Assembly (NCBI GenBank): GCA_964019425.1
Contig: OZ025805.1
Coordinates: 186,001-250,000 of the forward strand
Direction: 5' to 3'
DNA length: 64,000 nt
From: Flectonema sp. DT1601
Lineage: Eukaryota
Shown: piece by piece, positions 36,707-47,158 of the stretch
Position numbering within the stretch: position 1 is the stretch's first letter
How the letters are laid out: every line of letters starts with the position of its first letter
Made by a program: the position numbers and the translations under genes
The notes under the pieces: model-generated
Seen by the model: only the letters and a program-made list of their open reading frames with translations
What the model was told of the DNA's origin: nothing
Databases searched by the model: none

Positions 36707-37850
36707 TATTAATTTTGAAAAAAAAACAATCAGTTTAGCGTCTTGACCAGGACGGAAAATAGAAAGTGATTGACATAGTCGATCGATAAAAAAACAATGA
36801 TAACATTGTTTATTCTTTTTTTTTATTTTAAATTCTTTTTATTTATTTTTTAAAGAAAAAAAACGGAAAATAGAAATTAGTCAACAAAGTCGAACAATAA
36901 AAAAAAACAATGATAACATTGTTTATTCTTTTTTTTTTTTTTTTTTTTTTATATTCTTTTTTATTAATTTTGAAAAAAAAAAACAATCAGTTTAGCGTCT
37001 TGACCAGGACGGAAAATAGAAAGTAATCGACATAGTCGATCGATAAAAAAACAATGATAACATTGTTTATTCTTTTTTTTTATTTTAAATTCTTTTTATT
37101 TATTTTTTAAAGAAAAGAAACGGAAAATAGAAATTAGTCGACAAAGTCGAACGATAAAAAAAAACAATGATAACATTGTTTATTCTTTTTTTTTTTGTAT
37201 TTTTTTTAATATTCTTTTTTATTAATTTTGAAAAAAAAAACAATCAGTTTAGCGTCCTGACCAGGACGGAAAATAGAAAGTGATCGACATAGTCGATCGA
37301 TAAAAAAACAATGATAACATTGTTTATTCTTTTTTTTTTATTTTAAATTCTTTTTATTTATTTTTTAAAGAAAAAAAAAAAAAAAAAACGGAGAATAGAA
37401 ATTAGTCGACAAAGTCGAACGATAAAAAAAAACAATGATAACATTGTTTTTCCTTTTTTTTTTTTTTTTTTATATTCTTTTTTATTAATTTTGAAAAAAA
37501 AAAACAATCAGTTTAGCGTCTTGACCAGGACGGAAAATAGAAAGTGATCGACATAGTCGATCGATAAAAAAACAATGATAACATTGTTTATTCTTTTTTT
37601 TTATTTTAAATTCTTTTTATTTATTTTTTAAAGAAAAGAAACGGAAAATAGAAATTAGTCGACAAAGTCGAACGATAAAAAAAAACAATGATAACATTGT
37701 TTATTCTTTTTTTTTTTTTATATATTCTTTTTATTAATTTTTTAAAAAAAAAAAAAACAATCAGTTTAGCGTCTTGACCAGGACGGAAAACTGGAAGTAA
37801 TCGACATAGTCGATCGATAAAAAAAAAACAATTATAACATTGTTTCATCT
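36707..37850 (+). repeat. X satellite array 4
   Basis: Same units; runs into the unique distal X module at about 37850. Confidence 0.95.
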
Positions 37851-38519
37851 TTTATATTTTTTAATTTTTTTTTTATATTTGAAGAAAAGAAAGAAGAAAA
37901 AAAAAAAAAAAAAAACAAGCGGAATTGATCATAATGGGTGGCAGGGGTTGATATAACTTCATTTGAAAATTCTTCTTTTTTAATTTCTTTTTTTTTGAAA
38001 ATTTTTTTTTTATTTAACAGGAGTTAAGATCACTTACATGAGTTAACACAACACAGATACGAGAGTAGCAAACTGAGGTAACACTACCAATTCAACAAAA
38101 AATAATCAGGATCGGACACAAGGAGGAGAGTTCATTCTACCTCTCACTGTCCTTGCTGGTATCTTAAGTGTCTTGGTATCTCTTTTGTGTCGGTATCTCG
38201 GAAGTGCTGGTATCTCGTATGTGCGTTGGTATCTCTTGCGTGTTGGTATCTCTTGCACATAAGAAAAAATATTGAGTTAACATGATCAGTTTTATTTAAA
38301 ATTAAAGACAGACCGGAACTATTTGAAAATAAAATGTAGATGGGAAACAGTGAAAATTAAAATGAATGATAAAATTAATTGAGATTTATGACATAACAGA
38401 CCAGATAGAGAGTAATAAAGGGAAAAGGAAAACGGGAAGGGTTCATTCACTTAGTTAAAGTTAAGACCGATTAGTCAGTTTAAGGTCTTGACTAGGACCA
38501 ACAAAAAAAAAAAAAAATA

Positions 38520-39200
38520 AATAAATAAATAAATAAATAACGATCAAGCTGAGCTGATCTTGTTTTTATTAAAATAAGGGGAGCGGGAGGGATGGAAGGA
38601 ATAAAGGAAAAAAAAAGAAAAGGTCGATCAATTGGATCTGGTCGTCGAGAAGAAGAAGACAATTATTTTAAAGGTCGATCGGCATAGCCGATCGTTGAGA
38701 AAAATAACCAGATATAAATACAATCAGTTTAAATAAAAAAAAAAAAAATAAATAAATAAAAAAAGATTAACGATCAAGCTGAGCTGATCTTGTTTTTATT
38801 AAAATAAGGGGAGCGGGAGGGATGGAAGGAATAAAGAAAAAAAAAGAAAAGGTCGATCAATTGGATCTGGTCGTCGAGAAGAAGAAGACAATTATTTTAA
38901 AGGTCGATCGGCATAGCCGATCGTTGAGAAAAATAACCAGATATAAATACAATCAGTTTAAATAAAAAAAAAAAAAAATAAAAAAATAAAAAAAAAAGAT
39001 TAACGATCAAGCTGAGCTGATCTTGTTTTTATTAAAATAAGGGGAGCGGGAGGGATGGAAGGAATAAAGGAAAAAAAAAGAAAAGGTCGATCAATTGGAT
39101 CTGATCGTCGAGAAGAAGAAAACAATTATTTTTAAAAAAAAAAAATGATCGGTATAGCCGATCGTTGAGAAAAGAACAGATATAAATACAATCGGTTTTG
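38520..39200 (+). repeat. Second satellite (Z), about 230-bp unit x3, related to the X satellite; a fragment also lies at about 46183-46489
   Basis: ACGATCAAGCTGAGCTGATCTTG recurs at about 38540, 38770 and 39002. Contains GATCGGCATAGCCGATCG and ACAATCAGTTTA. Confidence 0.9.
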
Positions 39201-39693
39201 GTGATCGACGAGTGGAGCGATCACTTGACAAGAAGGAAAAAAGAAAGGACCGATTAATTGGGGCTTTGGTTGTATTCCCAAGGCATGTTTTTTTTTTTTT
39301 TTTTTATTATTCATTTACATTATTTTTTTTTTTTTTTTTTTTAAATTAATAATCACATTTTGTTCAAAAATATTTCATATTAGAGTAAAAGAAAAAGAAA
39401 AAAAAGAAATAAGAGAAAAAAAAAAAAAAACCATTGCTGGCCCCCTCACCACTCATAGAGGATGAGGAGGCCAGTAAGGCGTCACTCAAATCTATGCCAA
39501 GCCTTGGGAACTTGGATTGGGGTTTAGACCATTTATAATTAACAATTAACAATTAACAATTAACCTGATTAACGTTATGATCTGACGGACATAAACATAT
39601 CGATAAAATAATACAAACAAAAACGAACAATAAATAATAAATAAGCTAAAAAACTAAATAAACAAAGTGATGTGAAAGTAAGGAAAAAGAGAA

Positions 39694-42441
39694 TTACAAG
39701 GGGGTGGAGTCACCGTGAACGTCATCAGCAGAACATCTCCTTCGATTGTAACGATATCTTGATGGAGGGGTTCGTTTTTTCAGAGTTGAACGCTCAGACT
39801 TTCTCGGCGGAGTTTCATTTTCCTCATGTTCTTCTGTGTCTGGCGGACTCAAACCTTCTGCCCATGAAGCTAATTGGAACTTCAGGGCCGCTATTTGAGA
39901 CCGTGCCAAGGCGAGTTGAGCATTTAAATCGCTCGCCAGTCCCGTTAACATCATGGATTGCTCAAGCTGCTCTGCGTGAGTTGTACACCGTTGGTGATTC
40001 AGCTCCGAGAGGCGAAGTTGGGCATCCAGAAGTTGTTCTGAGAGCTCTGCCGCTTTCTCGTTTGTTTCGAGAGAGTCATCTACTGCTCGACAGTAGTTCT
40101 CGAGTAAGTCAATTCTACCCTCGGACCATTGTCTCGCAATAGGTGTATTCTCTTTAACGGAGATAACGTGACTCTCTTGTCGTAAAATCTTGGTCGGCGT
40201 GCGGTCGAGAGCTTCACTCTGCGGCATTGTCGGAGGAATTGAGGCTAGAGGACAAAGAGGGGTGATATAATTAAGGGTAGGGATAAGGGGTTTAATAAGA
40301 GGAGTAAAAAGACTACTCGTAGTTGTAAAGAGCGAGAGGTAGTTCTTTGCTATCTTCATCATAGCAACAGATTCATACAGAACGGGGGTTCGGGGGGAAA
40401 CTTGTTGACTAAAGTGGGTCATACGGGGACGCGCGGCACGCAAACTCTCGACCTCCTGTTGAGTATAGAAAAGTCTTATTTTACTTTCTCTTTCCTCATT
40501 ACATTTGGTCTCCAATTCGTTCGACAGAAGAACAAACCTTTGATGGTAATTAAAGAGCGCCATTTCCGATAGGTCTGCTCTCTGAGTCAGATTTGCGAGC
40601 TCACGTTTCCTGTAATCTTCCACTAAGTCATATTGTCGAACTAGTGCAGAAAGAGAAGTCTTCGATTCATCGCGTTCTGCTGTTAACCGTTGAATTACTC
40701 CTTCCAGAAGTTCATATTCTTTTCTATCTTTTTCAATAATTAAAACAGGGGGCGCAGGAGGAAGTGAGGATGGATCCTGGTTGGTAGCTTTGATCTCAAC
40801 AGGTAATCCATTTAGTAACTGCTTGTCTTTCTCGAGGGAGGCTGACATCGCATTAAAGTAAAATAAAAATAGAACACAAAAAATTCGTTCTTTCATTTGC
40901 TCTAATTCGTTTTCTAAAATCTGGCATTTCAAGGAAAGTTTCAGCCTTAATTTTCCTTCTTTTTTTTTGTACAAGGGGGTTTGAGAACCCATGTCAGATT
41001 GAGTTCTTATCACTATAGCGAAATCAGCAGGAAGTGTTTGCGATCCCGTTGACATGAGTTCAGGTGGGGGAGTCTGGAAAGAGATGGAAGAAATAGAAGA
41101 GAATGACAAGGAGAGTCCAGTGAGCTCATCCTCATCTAACAAAACAGAAGGGGCCGGGGAGGAAGAACCATTGGCAATAAGTAGAATAGAAAGAGCCGAT
41201 GCGTAACAAGTTTGCCAGATAAAACATTTCTCAAGCCACGATCTTTCAATGGTGAGCTTTTCGATCGTTTTCAGTTTTGTTACTTTGTGGATTTTGACTT
41301 CTTCCACAGGGAAGATTTCTTTACCATCTTTTATAAAACTTGCAGTGGCAGGTTCTTCTTTAATGCTGCGCATTAGTGGTCTTGAATGCCACGTGGGGAG
41401 GTTCCTCGTCTGGAACAGAACATATGAGCACTGTCTGGCGATTCTGGTGCATTCACAAAATAAAGCTTTTGTTGGTGCTAAAGGTGAACCGATGTGACGT
41501 GTCCAGATGTTCAGCTGGTCCATGCAGATGTTTCCTCGTACGCCAACTTCAATAGTAAAAATGTTACAGTCGAAGCCATTAGCGATGATCGAGTCTCTTA
41601 GCTTTAGGTATTTCTTTTCCTTTAAGACATGAGAGGTTTCGAAACGATCTTCATTTGGACACGTCAGCTCCAGAATCAGTGCTCTTTTCGCAAAAAAAGA
41701 ATAAATAAAAATGTCTGGTCTTAGAGAGGACGAGACATGGCACACTTCAAGAGGAACAATTAGGCGGTTATCACCGACATCGTCGAGGATGACCCAATCA
41801 TTCGCTAGTGAAAGTTCGCCTGTCTCTTTAGAAATTCTTTCTAGGGGTTTATTTTCCCCTGTTTTTAAAAAAGTTTGAGAGGGAGGCGGGAGGTTTTCTT
41901 TTCTTTTGTTGGCTTTTATTATCAACTCTTCCAAGAAGATAACAATGCGTTTTAGAACGCTGTCGTGACGCCACGTGAACCTCCCTTGTGTTAAAGAGAC
42001 AGGACAGCCTGTTAAGACATGCCTGAGGGTAGGATTCACTTTGCCACACAGAACACAATTTTGGTCCACATTGGTGATGTTCCACCTCTTTAAATTATCT
42101 TGTGAGGGGAGGGTGTTTGTAACCGCTTTCAGTTGAAATGAGATATAGGCAGGATTTCCCTCCCTAAGTACCTTATTCCAGGTGAAGTCGTTTATCATAC
42201 ATTTAGACCACTCCTTCCACTGACCTTGGACTTGTAATTTATTCAAAGAGTTCAGTAGTTCATCTGTGGCTTCCACTTCAAAACGCTTAAGGAGATCGGG
42301 GCGAGTAGTACGTAGATCGCGCAATCGGTGACCAAGACCAGCTGATTGCTTCGCAAGAGAACGGTAAGAAAAAAACTTAATAAGGCGCTCCCACTCAGCA
42401 GAAGCTGAAAACTTTTTCGACCAGTTGGACGATTTCTCCAT
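39694..42441 (-). mobile_element. 5'-truncated RLE-type non-LTR retrotransposon ORF (HERO-like) with an in-frame C-terminal extension of about 550 aa
   Basis: QGQWKEW...FTWNKVL...ISFQLKAVTNTLPSQDNLKRW, CCHC knuckle CVLC-x8-H-x4-C, QGRFTWRHDSVL, restriction-like endonuclease RPDI...LILELTCPNE...KEKKY...IEVGVRG. No RT core is present. A (GTTAATT)n tail-like repeat lies at about 39537-39564. Confidence 0.85.
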
Positions 42442-42544
42442 AATAACATTGTACCATACATGTCACTTTGAGCCATACATGTCACTTTGACAACTAAATG
42501 GGCATCGCTTGTGACAACTACGAAGCAGTGCAGTTCAGGCCCCC

Positions 42545-42718
42545 CCTGAGTAGTTTTTTTTACCAAACCACAAATCTCAATATCAAAATTCACGAAAATT
42601 CACGAAAATTCACGATTTTTCACCATGCTTTTTGGCAGTGAATTTTCGTGATAGGTAGTGACAACTTGTGACAAACCGTGAAGGATCGCAGTGAAAATTC
42701 GTGAAACCTCCACCCCTG
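42545..42718 (-). mobile_element. Possible end of a non-autonomous DNA transposon with subterminal repeats
   Basis: AAAATTCACG x3 in tandem plus inverted copies (GTGAATTTTCGTGA, GTGAAAATTCGTGA). The minus strand begins CAGGGGTGG, resembling hAT termini. No matching second TIR was found. Confidence 0.35.
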
Positions 42719-43472
42719 CCGATCGCCTCAGTAATGGTGTGTCAGAGCTAGCAGCCCTACATTCCCTTTCATGCTGAGGGGTTTCACATTCACTTTTTTC
42801 ACTTTGTGTGGGGGATTCAGTTCCGCAAATCTGGATGCATGCAGCTGAGTGGCGAAAGAGTGGTGGAAGACTATCGCTCCCTGAGTTCATTTTAAAATTG
42901 TCATCGCAGACCGATGATATCGTTGACAAGTCATTTACATTTTTGTTCGATGAAACACATGGTGATGACATAATAGACAACAACTCAAGAGTTAAATTAG
43001 ATGCCAGGGCGCCAGGTACATCTGATGAGATAGTTGCTAAGGCCGATGATGAGATCGGTGATAAGACAGAAGACGAAACAGATGATAAAGATGAGACAGA
43101 ACTACTTTGTGTCTCATTAGTTTTAGGGGTCGGGGGAGAAATAGTTCTTTCTTCTTCAACAATTAAGTTTTGTAACAAACATAAACAAGTGGTCACAATG
43201 GCTTGAGAGATGCTTTTCATTTCCGCAAACGGTCTTTGTATAAAATAACCCGTGGGGTTTATTATCATAGGCTCGCTGCTTATCTCTTGTTGTTGCCTTT
43301 TTACTCTTCTTGAAAAACAGGTGCACCTACTTTCTGAAAATTTGTAGTTGCTTGTTCTACAACTTTACTTGTCATAAGCGGTCTCCCTTATGACCTAATT
43401 TCTATTTTCCGTCCTGGTCAAGACGCTAAACTGATTGTTTTTTTTTTCTTTAAAAAATAAATAAAAAGAATA

Positions 43473-43774
43473 CTGCAACTGGAAATATTACTGCGCTGAA
43501 TAATTACTGCGGGGAAATATTACTGCGCGGAAAAATTAGTGCGGTTTTTTTGAGAAAAGATTAGTGCGGTTTTTTCCACTTGGTGGTAGAAAAAAATTTG
43601 GTTGCTTTTTTGCTGTGTAAGGCACCAGCAGAAAAATGCAGCTGGAGAAAAATTCACTTCTGAGCAGAAATATTAGTGCGGTGGAAATATTACTGCGTGG
43701 AAAAATTAGTGCGGTTTTTTGCAGATTTGGAAATTAGTGCGGTTTTTTCCGCGCAGTAATATTTCCAGTTGCAG
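43473..43774. mobile_element. MITE (Tc1/mariner type), 302 bp, with TA target-site duplication
   Basis: Perfect 24-bp TIRs CTGCAACTGGAAATATTACTGCGC flanked by TA on both sides, inside an X-satellite fragment whose empty site reads GAATATAAAA. Internal ATTA(C/G)TGCG repeats. Confidence 0.92.
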
Positions 43775-43987
43775 TATAAAAAAAAAAGAAAAGAATAGAT
43801 TTCGAAGAGGTGGGAAGTAACGGACTGGGAGCTTTTGGCTCCTGCCCTATTCCCGATGTAAACTTTCTTTTTATTTTTTTTTTTTTTTTTTTAACAAGCC
43901 CAAAGGGCGACAATGAAAGAATGCTGACCAAGGAATAATATTCAAATGAATTTTCGTTTCAAAGAAACGAACAGAATTAAGGGGGGG

Positions 43988-44584
43988 ATCTGGCCTCACT
44001 GCGTCGGCAGATACGCCATGAGGAGAAGAGAGTGTTGCAGGATCAGTTGCTGAACCTAAGGACGGGAAACGATGGAGCCCACCTGACCGGCGGAGTTCCG
44101 ATCATCAGCTGGAAGAAATCACCAGGGGACCGCTGATGGGCGGTCTGGCGTCGATCGACGTGGACGCCTGGTGGGAAGGAAGCGCCGAGCACTTATCGTT
44201 AGTGCACGTCCACCAGCGGGAACACTACCGCGAGCTGGTGGAGGCAAAAGCAGGAGCCCACGCCCGTCCCCAAGCGCACGAAGCACACGCCAGATTGCGA
44301 GAGCTCGGCACAGTGATGGCAAGGTTACCATCCATCGACAACCTGGAAGAGAAGCGGAACGACTCATCAGGGACATGGTGAAGGAGAACATCGCCCGTTT
44401 GGAGATATTGAGAGAAGGAGTGACGGGGGGAGGCTGGACGGCGGCGCAGGAGATGGAAGATGCGCACTTTGTGGCGCCATCGGTACCACCTTTTCTGCGG
44501 AAGATGTGGGTGAAAAAAGGGAAGACGGAGAAGCCATCGCAAAGACCGGTACAGAGGCCCCCCGCAACGAAGAGTCGGCACTGA
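43988..44584 (+). pseudogene. Frameshifted gag-like ORF of a YR retrotransposon
   Basis: GC-rich coding-like segments in successive frames (DLASLRRQIRHEEKRVLQDQLL / MGGLASIDVDAWW / EAERLIRDMVKENIARLEILREG) immediately upstream of the recombinase. The assignment rests on position only. Confidence 0.45.
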
Positions 44585-44625
44585 CCTCAATGCTAGAGGG
44601 ACTGGGAATATTGTCGGTGTGAGAT

Positions 44626-45548
44626 GTGGGTCGACCGAGAATGACGGAGGAGGAGGTGACGAAGCCGAAGGCGATGACCGTGACGAAGTCGGCTCTTCAG
44701 ATGGTGGGAAATGCACTATCACACTCGAGGTGGCGCGGGCTGGAGGCGGCACAGCGTCGGCTGATTCAGTTTCGGAACAGTTGGCACGCGACGACGGGAG
44801 TCTTGTTGTCGTGGGATCTGGCGATCATTTACTGGGTGGAGAGACAGAGGTCTCGGACCGAGGGTCCAATTTCGAACTCAACGGCGCTGGAATACGTAGG
44901 ACGGGCCCAAGCGGCATTGAGAAGGACGGGAATTTCCATCGTAGAAGGCCAGTCTGGATGCTGACCGATTACGTGAGAGCTTTAAAAAGAGCCGGCGCGC
45001 TCCGTCCACAACGTCAAGCGGTACCGGCCGTGGGAGAGCAGGTGATGGAGGCGGTGCGGAAGGAAGTAGACAGGGACACACAGTTGGCGATCGTACTATG
45101 CTGGGCGGGCGCGGCAAGGGTGTCCGATGTGATCCGATTGAAGGTGGGAGACATCACTCTGGAACGAGAATACGTGGCGGTGAACTGGTCGGAAACGAAG
45201 TCAGACCCCTTCCGCTTGGGACGGACTACGGGACTGTACCTGGCCGACAAGTGGAGGAACGCGCTTCAGACGGCAATGACGGGACTGAGTCCGGGCGATT
45301 TGCTGCTGGACACTTCTTACCGAAAGGTAGTGGCTGCTCTGAGACGAGAGGGGAAGGACCTGTCGGGACACTCGCTGAGGAGGGGCGCACTGCACACTTT
45401 ACTGCTGGAGGGAGTAGGCCTGGAATCGATACGCCAGCTCTCCAGACACTCGTCGTTGGATGCCTTGGCGAGATACCTTCCGGCCGGGAAGACACATGTA
45501 GCGAGGCAGTCAGCCGAGACATCCTGGAAGCTGGGAACTGAGTTGTAA
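44626..45548 (+). pseudogene. Tyrosine recombinase of a VIPER/TATE-like retrotransposon, probably frameshifted near 44945
   Basis: Catalytic set R (AARVSD), K (ETKSD), HSLRRG, RH (LSRHSS) and Y (LARYL) is intact. The true N-terminal binding domain appears to be in the 44626-44964 frame (ALSHSRW...AIIYW...STALEYV), not the G/D-rich start of the 44619 ORF. Confidence 0.88.
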
Positions 45549-46172
45549 TGCCGTTTTGTCCCGCGTTTCCTGCTCAGCCAGGGGCTCTGCTGGAACCGCA
45601 AGTGAAGTACAAAGTGCCGGATCCCCTGCCAAGGGCGAGGAGTTTGGGGGAGGAGTCTGGTGCACCGGACGTGATGCTGACGTACTCGGGAGTGGCAACC
45701 GTAGCTGTCGGAGGCCGTCACGTCTCCCCTCCTTCTGACAGGGAGGCGGGTGATTTGGCTCCGATTTCAGAGTCCCGACTAGATTTAGATAGACTGATGG
45801 AGCTGGACTCGGAAGGAATTTTGACTGGAATCTTAGATGTAATTCGAGACGAAACTGCTTTTGAGGCCTTATTTCTGCCTGAGGCGATGCAGGCGTTGGC
45901 GGACAGGTCAGCGTCCCGTGGTACTTCGAGGCATATGATGAGGCATTTGGAACACTTGGAGAAGTGGGGTGTGGTGGAGCGAACGAGCCAGCAGAAGGTC
46001 GTACTTTCGGCGTTCACGGTACCGAAGAGTTCGGGATGGAAGAAAATTGAATCGTCTGATGCGACCACCGCCACCGATGCTTTTGCCTGGGATCCGATCG
46101 GTGATAGCCCGTTTCCTTTCTGTACGCTATGTGGCTCAGGACGACGGTAAGAGTTGGTTTTACCAGTTCCCG
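45548..46172 (+). pseudogene. N-terminal fragment of reverse transcriptase (YR retrotransposon), truncated after motif A
   Basis: LEKWGVVE...SAFTVPKSSG, then a frameshift/deletion to DGRKLNRLMRPPPPMLLP...VAQDDGKSWFYQFP. Cut off by Z-satellite sequence. The ATG overlaps the YR stop (TAATG). Confidence 0.8.
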
Positions 46173-46662
46173 CAATCCGTCGAAAGAAAAGGTCGATCTA
46201 TTGGGTCTGATCGTCGAGAAGAAGAAAACAATTATTTTAAGGGTCGATCGGCATAGCCGATCGTTGAGAAAAATAACCAGATATAAATACAATCAGTTTA
46301 AATTAAAAAAAAAAAAAAAAAAGATTAACGATCAAGCTGAGCTGATCTTGTTTTTATTAAAATAAGGGGAGCGGGAAGGATGGAAGGAATAGAGGAAAAA
46401 AAAAAAAAAAAAAGGTCGATCAATTGGATCTGATCGTCGAGAAGAAGAAAACAATTATTTTTAAAAAAATTGATCGGTATAGCCGATCGTGTATTTTGTG
46501 TTTGTCACAACAGGAGAGAAAAGAAAGAATGTCAAGGTTGGTCACCTTGCCTATCAACGCACAACATTGGTGGTCTCTACTAGACCCTGAGTGATCCCAC
46601 TGGATCTCTCATCGTTCATAGTACCTATGTGAAGTTATAAAATCAAAGGAAAACTATGAACA

Positions 46663-46985
46663 GCAGAGGATGGTAATTACTCGGTGTCAGAGATTAATGA
46701 TCATGTCCCCTCAAGTATTCAGATTGTCCCCATACTCGCAATAGGAAAGGTTCATATCGATGTCGAGGCACCTTATGCCGTACGCTTTACACAAGGGAAG
46801 TTACACAAGATTCTGGGTTTCAACCAAGGTGATGTGCTACAACTTGTAGAGAATCTGGCGCCAAACAAGGCAGACATAACCGCTGGTGTTGAGAATCTCT
46901 TGATTCATTGTGACCTGGTTGATGCAAAGGCCAGTTACAGTAACGGTGAACAATCGCAGATACTTTACAGTGTTTCACCACCCAC
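46663..46985 (+). pseudogene. Polinton/Maverick-type minor capsid (penton) fragment
   Basis: AEDGNYSVSEIND...LHKILGF...ADITAGVENLLIHCDLVDAKASYSNGEQSQILYSVSP fits the polinton penton pattern (G.Y...in; LGF; I.CD.V..SY.NG...il). The 5' end is replaced by a Y fragment and the 3' end is deleted. Adjacent to the MCP. Confidence 0.75.
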
Positions 46986-47158
46986 AGAGTTGCTAGTTGA
47001 TAGGAATGAGCAATTATCAGAGAATAGATAGCAAAATAACACCCAAGAAGCCTTGTAAAGATCGGGATCCCATGGGCGAATTGCAACATAAACTTATAAA
47101 GGGCGGTGGTCTCGCAAGAATAACTTAATACGAAGTTAGATGTGTATATAAAAAGAAG

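Noticed and set aside
42600..43268. 222-aa Ser-rich minus-strand ORF
   Set aside because: Low complexity, no motif recognised, its 3' end runs into a repeat-derived segment, and stops lie upstream. Probably a TE fragment, but not assignable.
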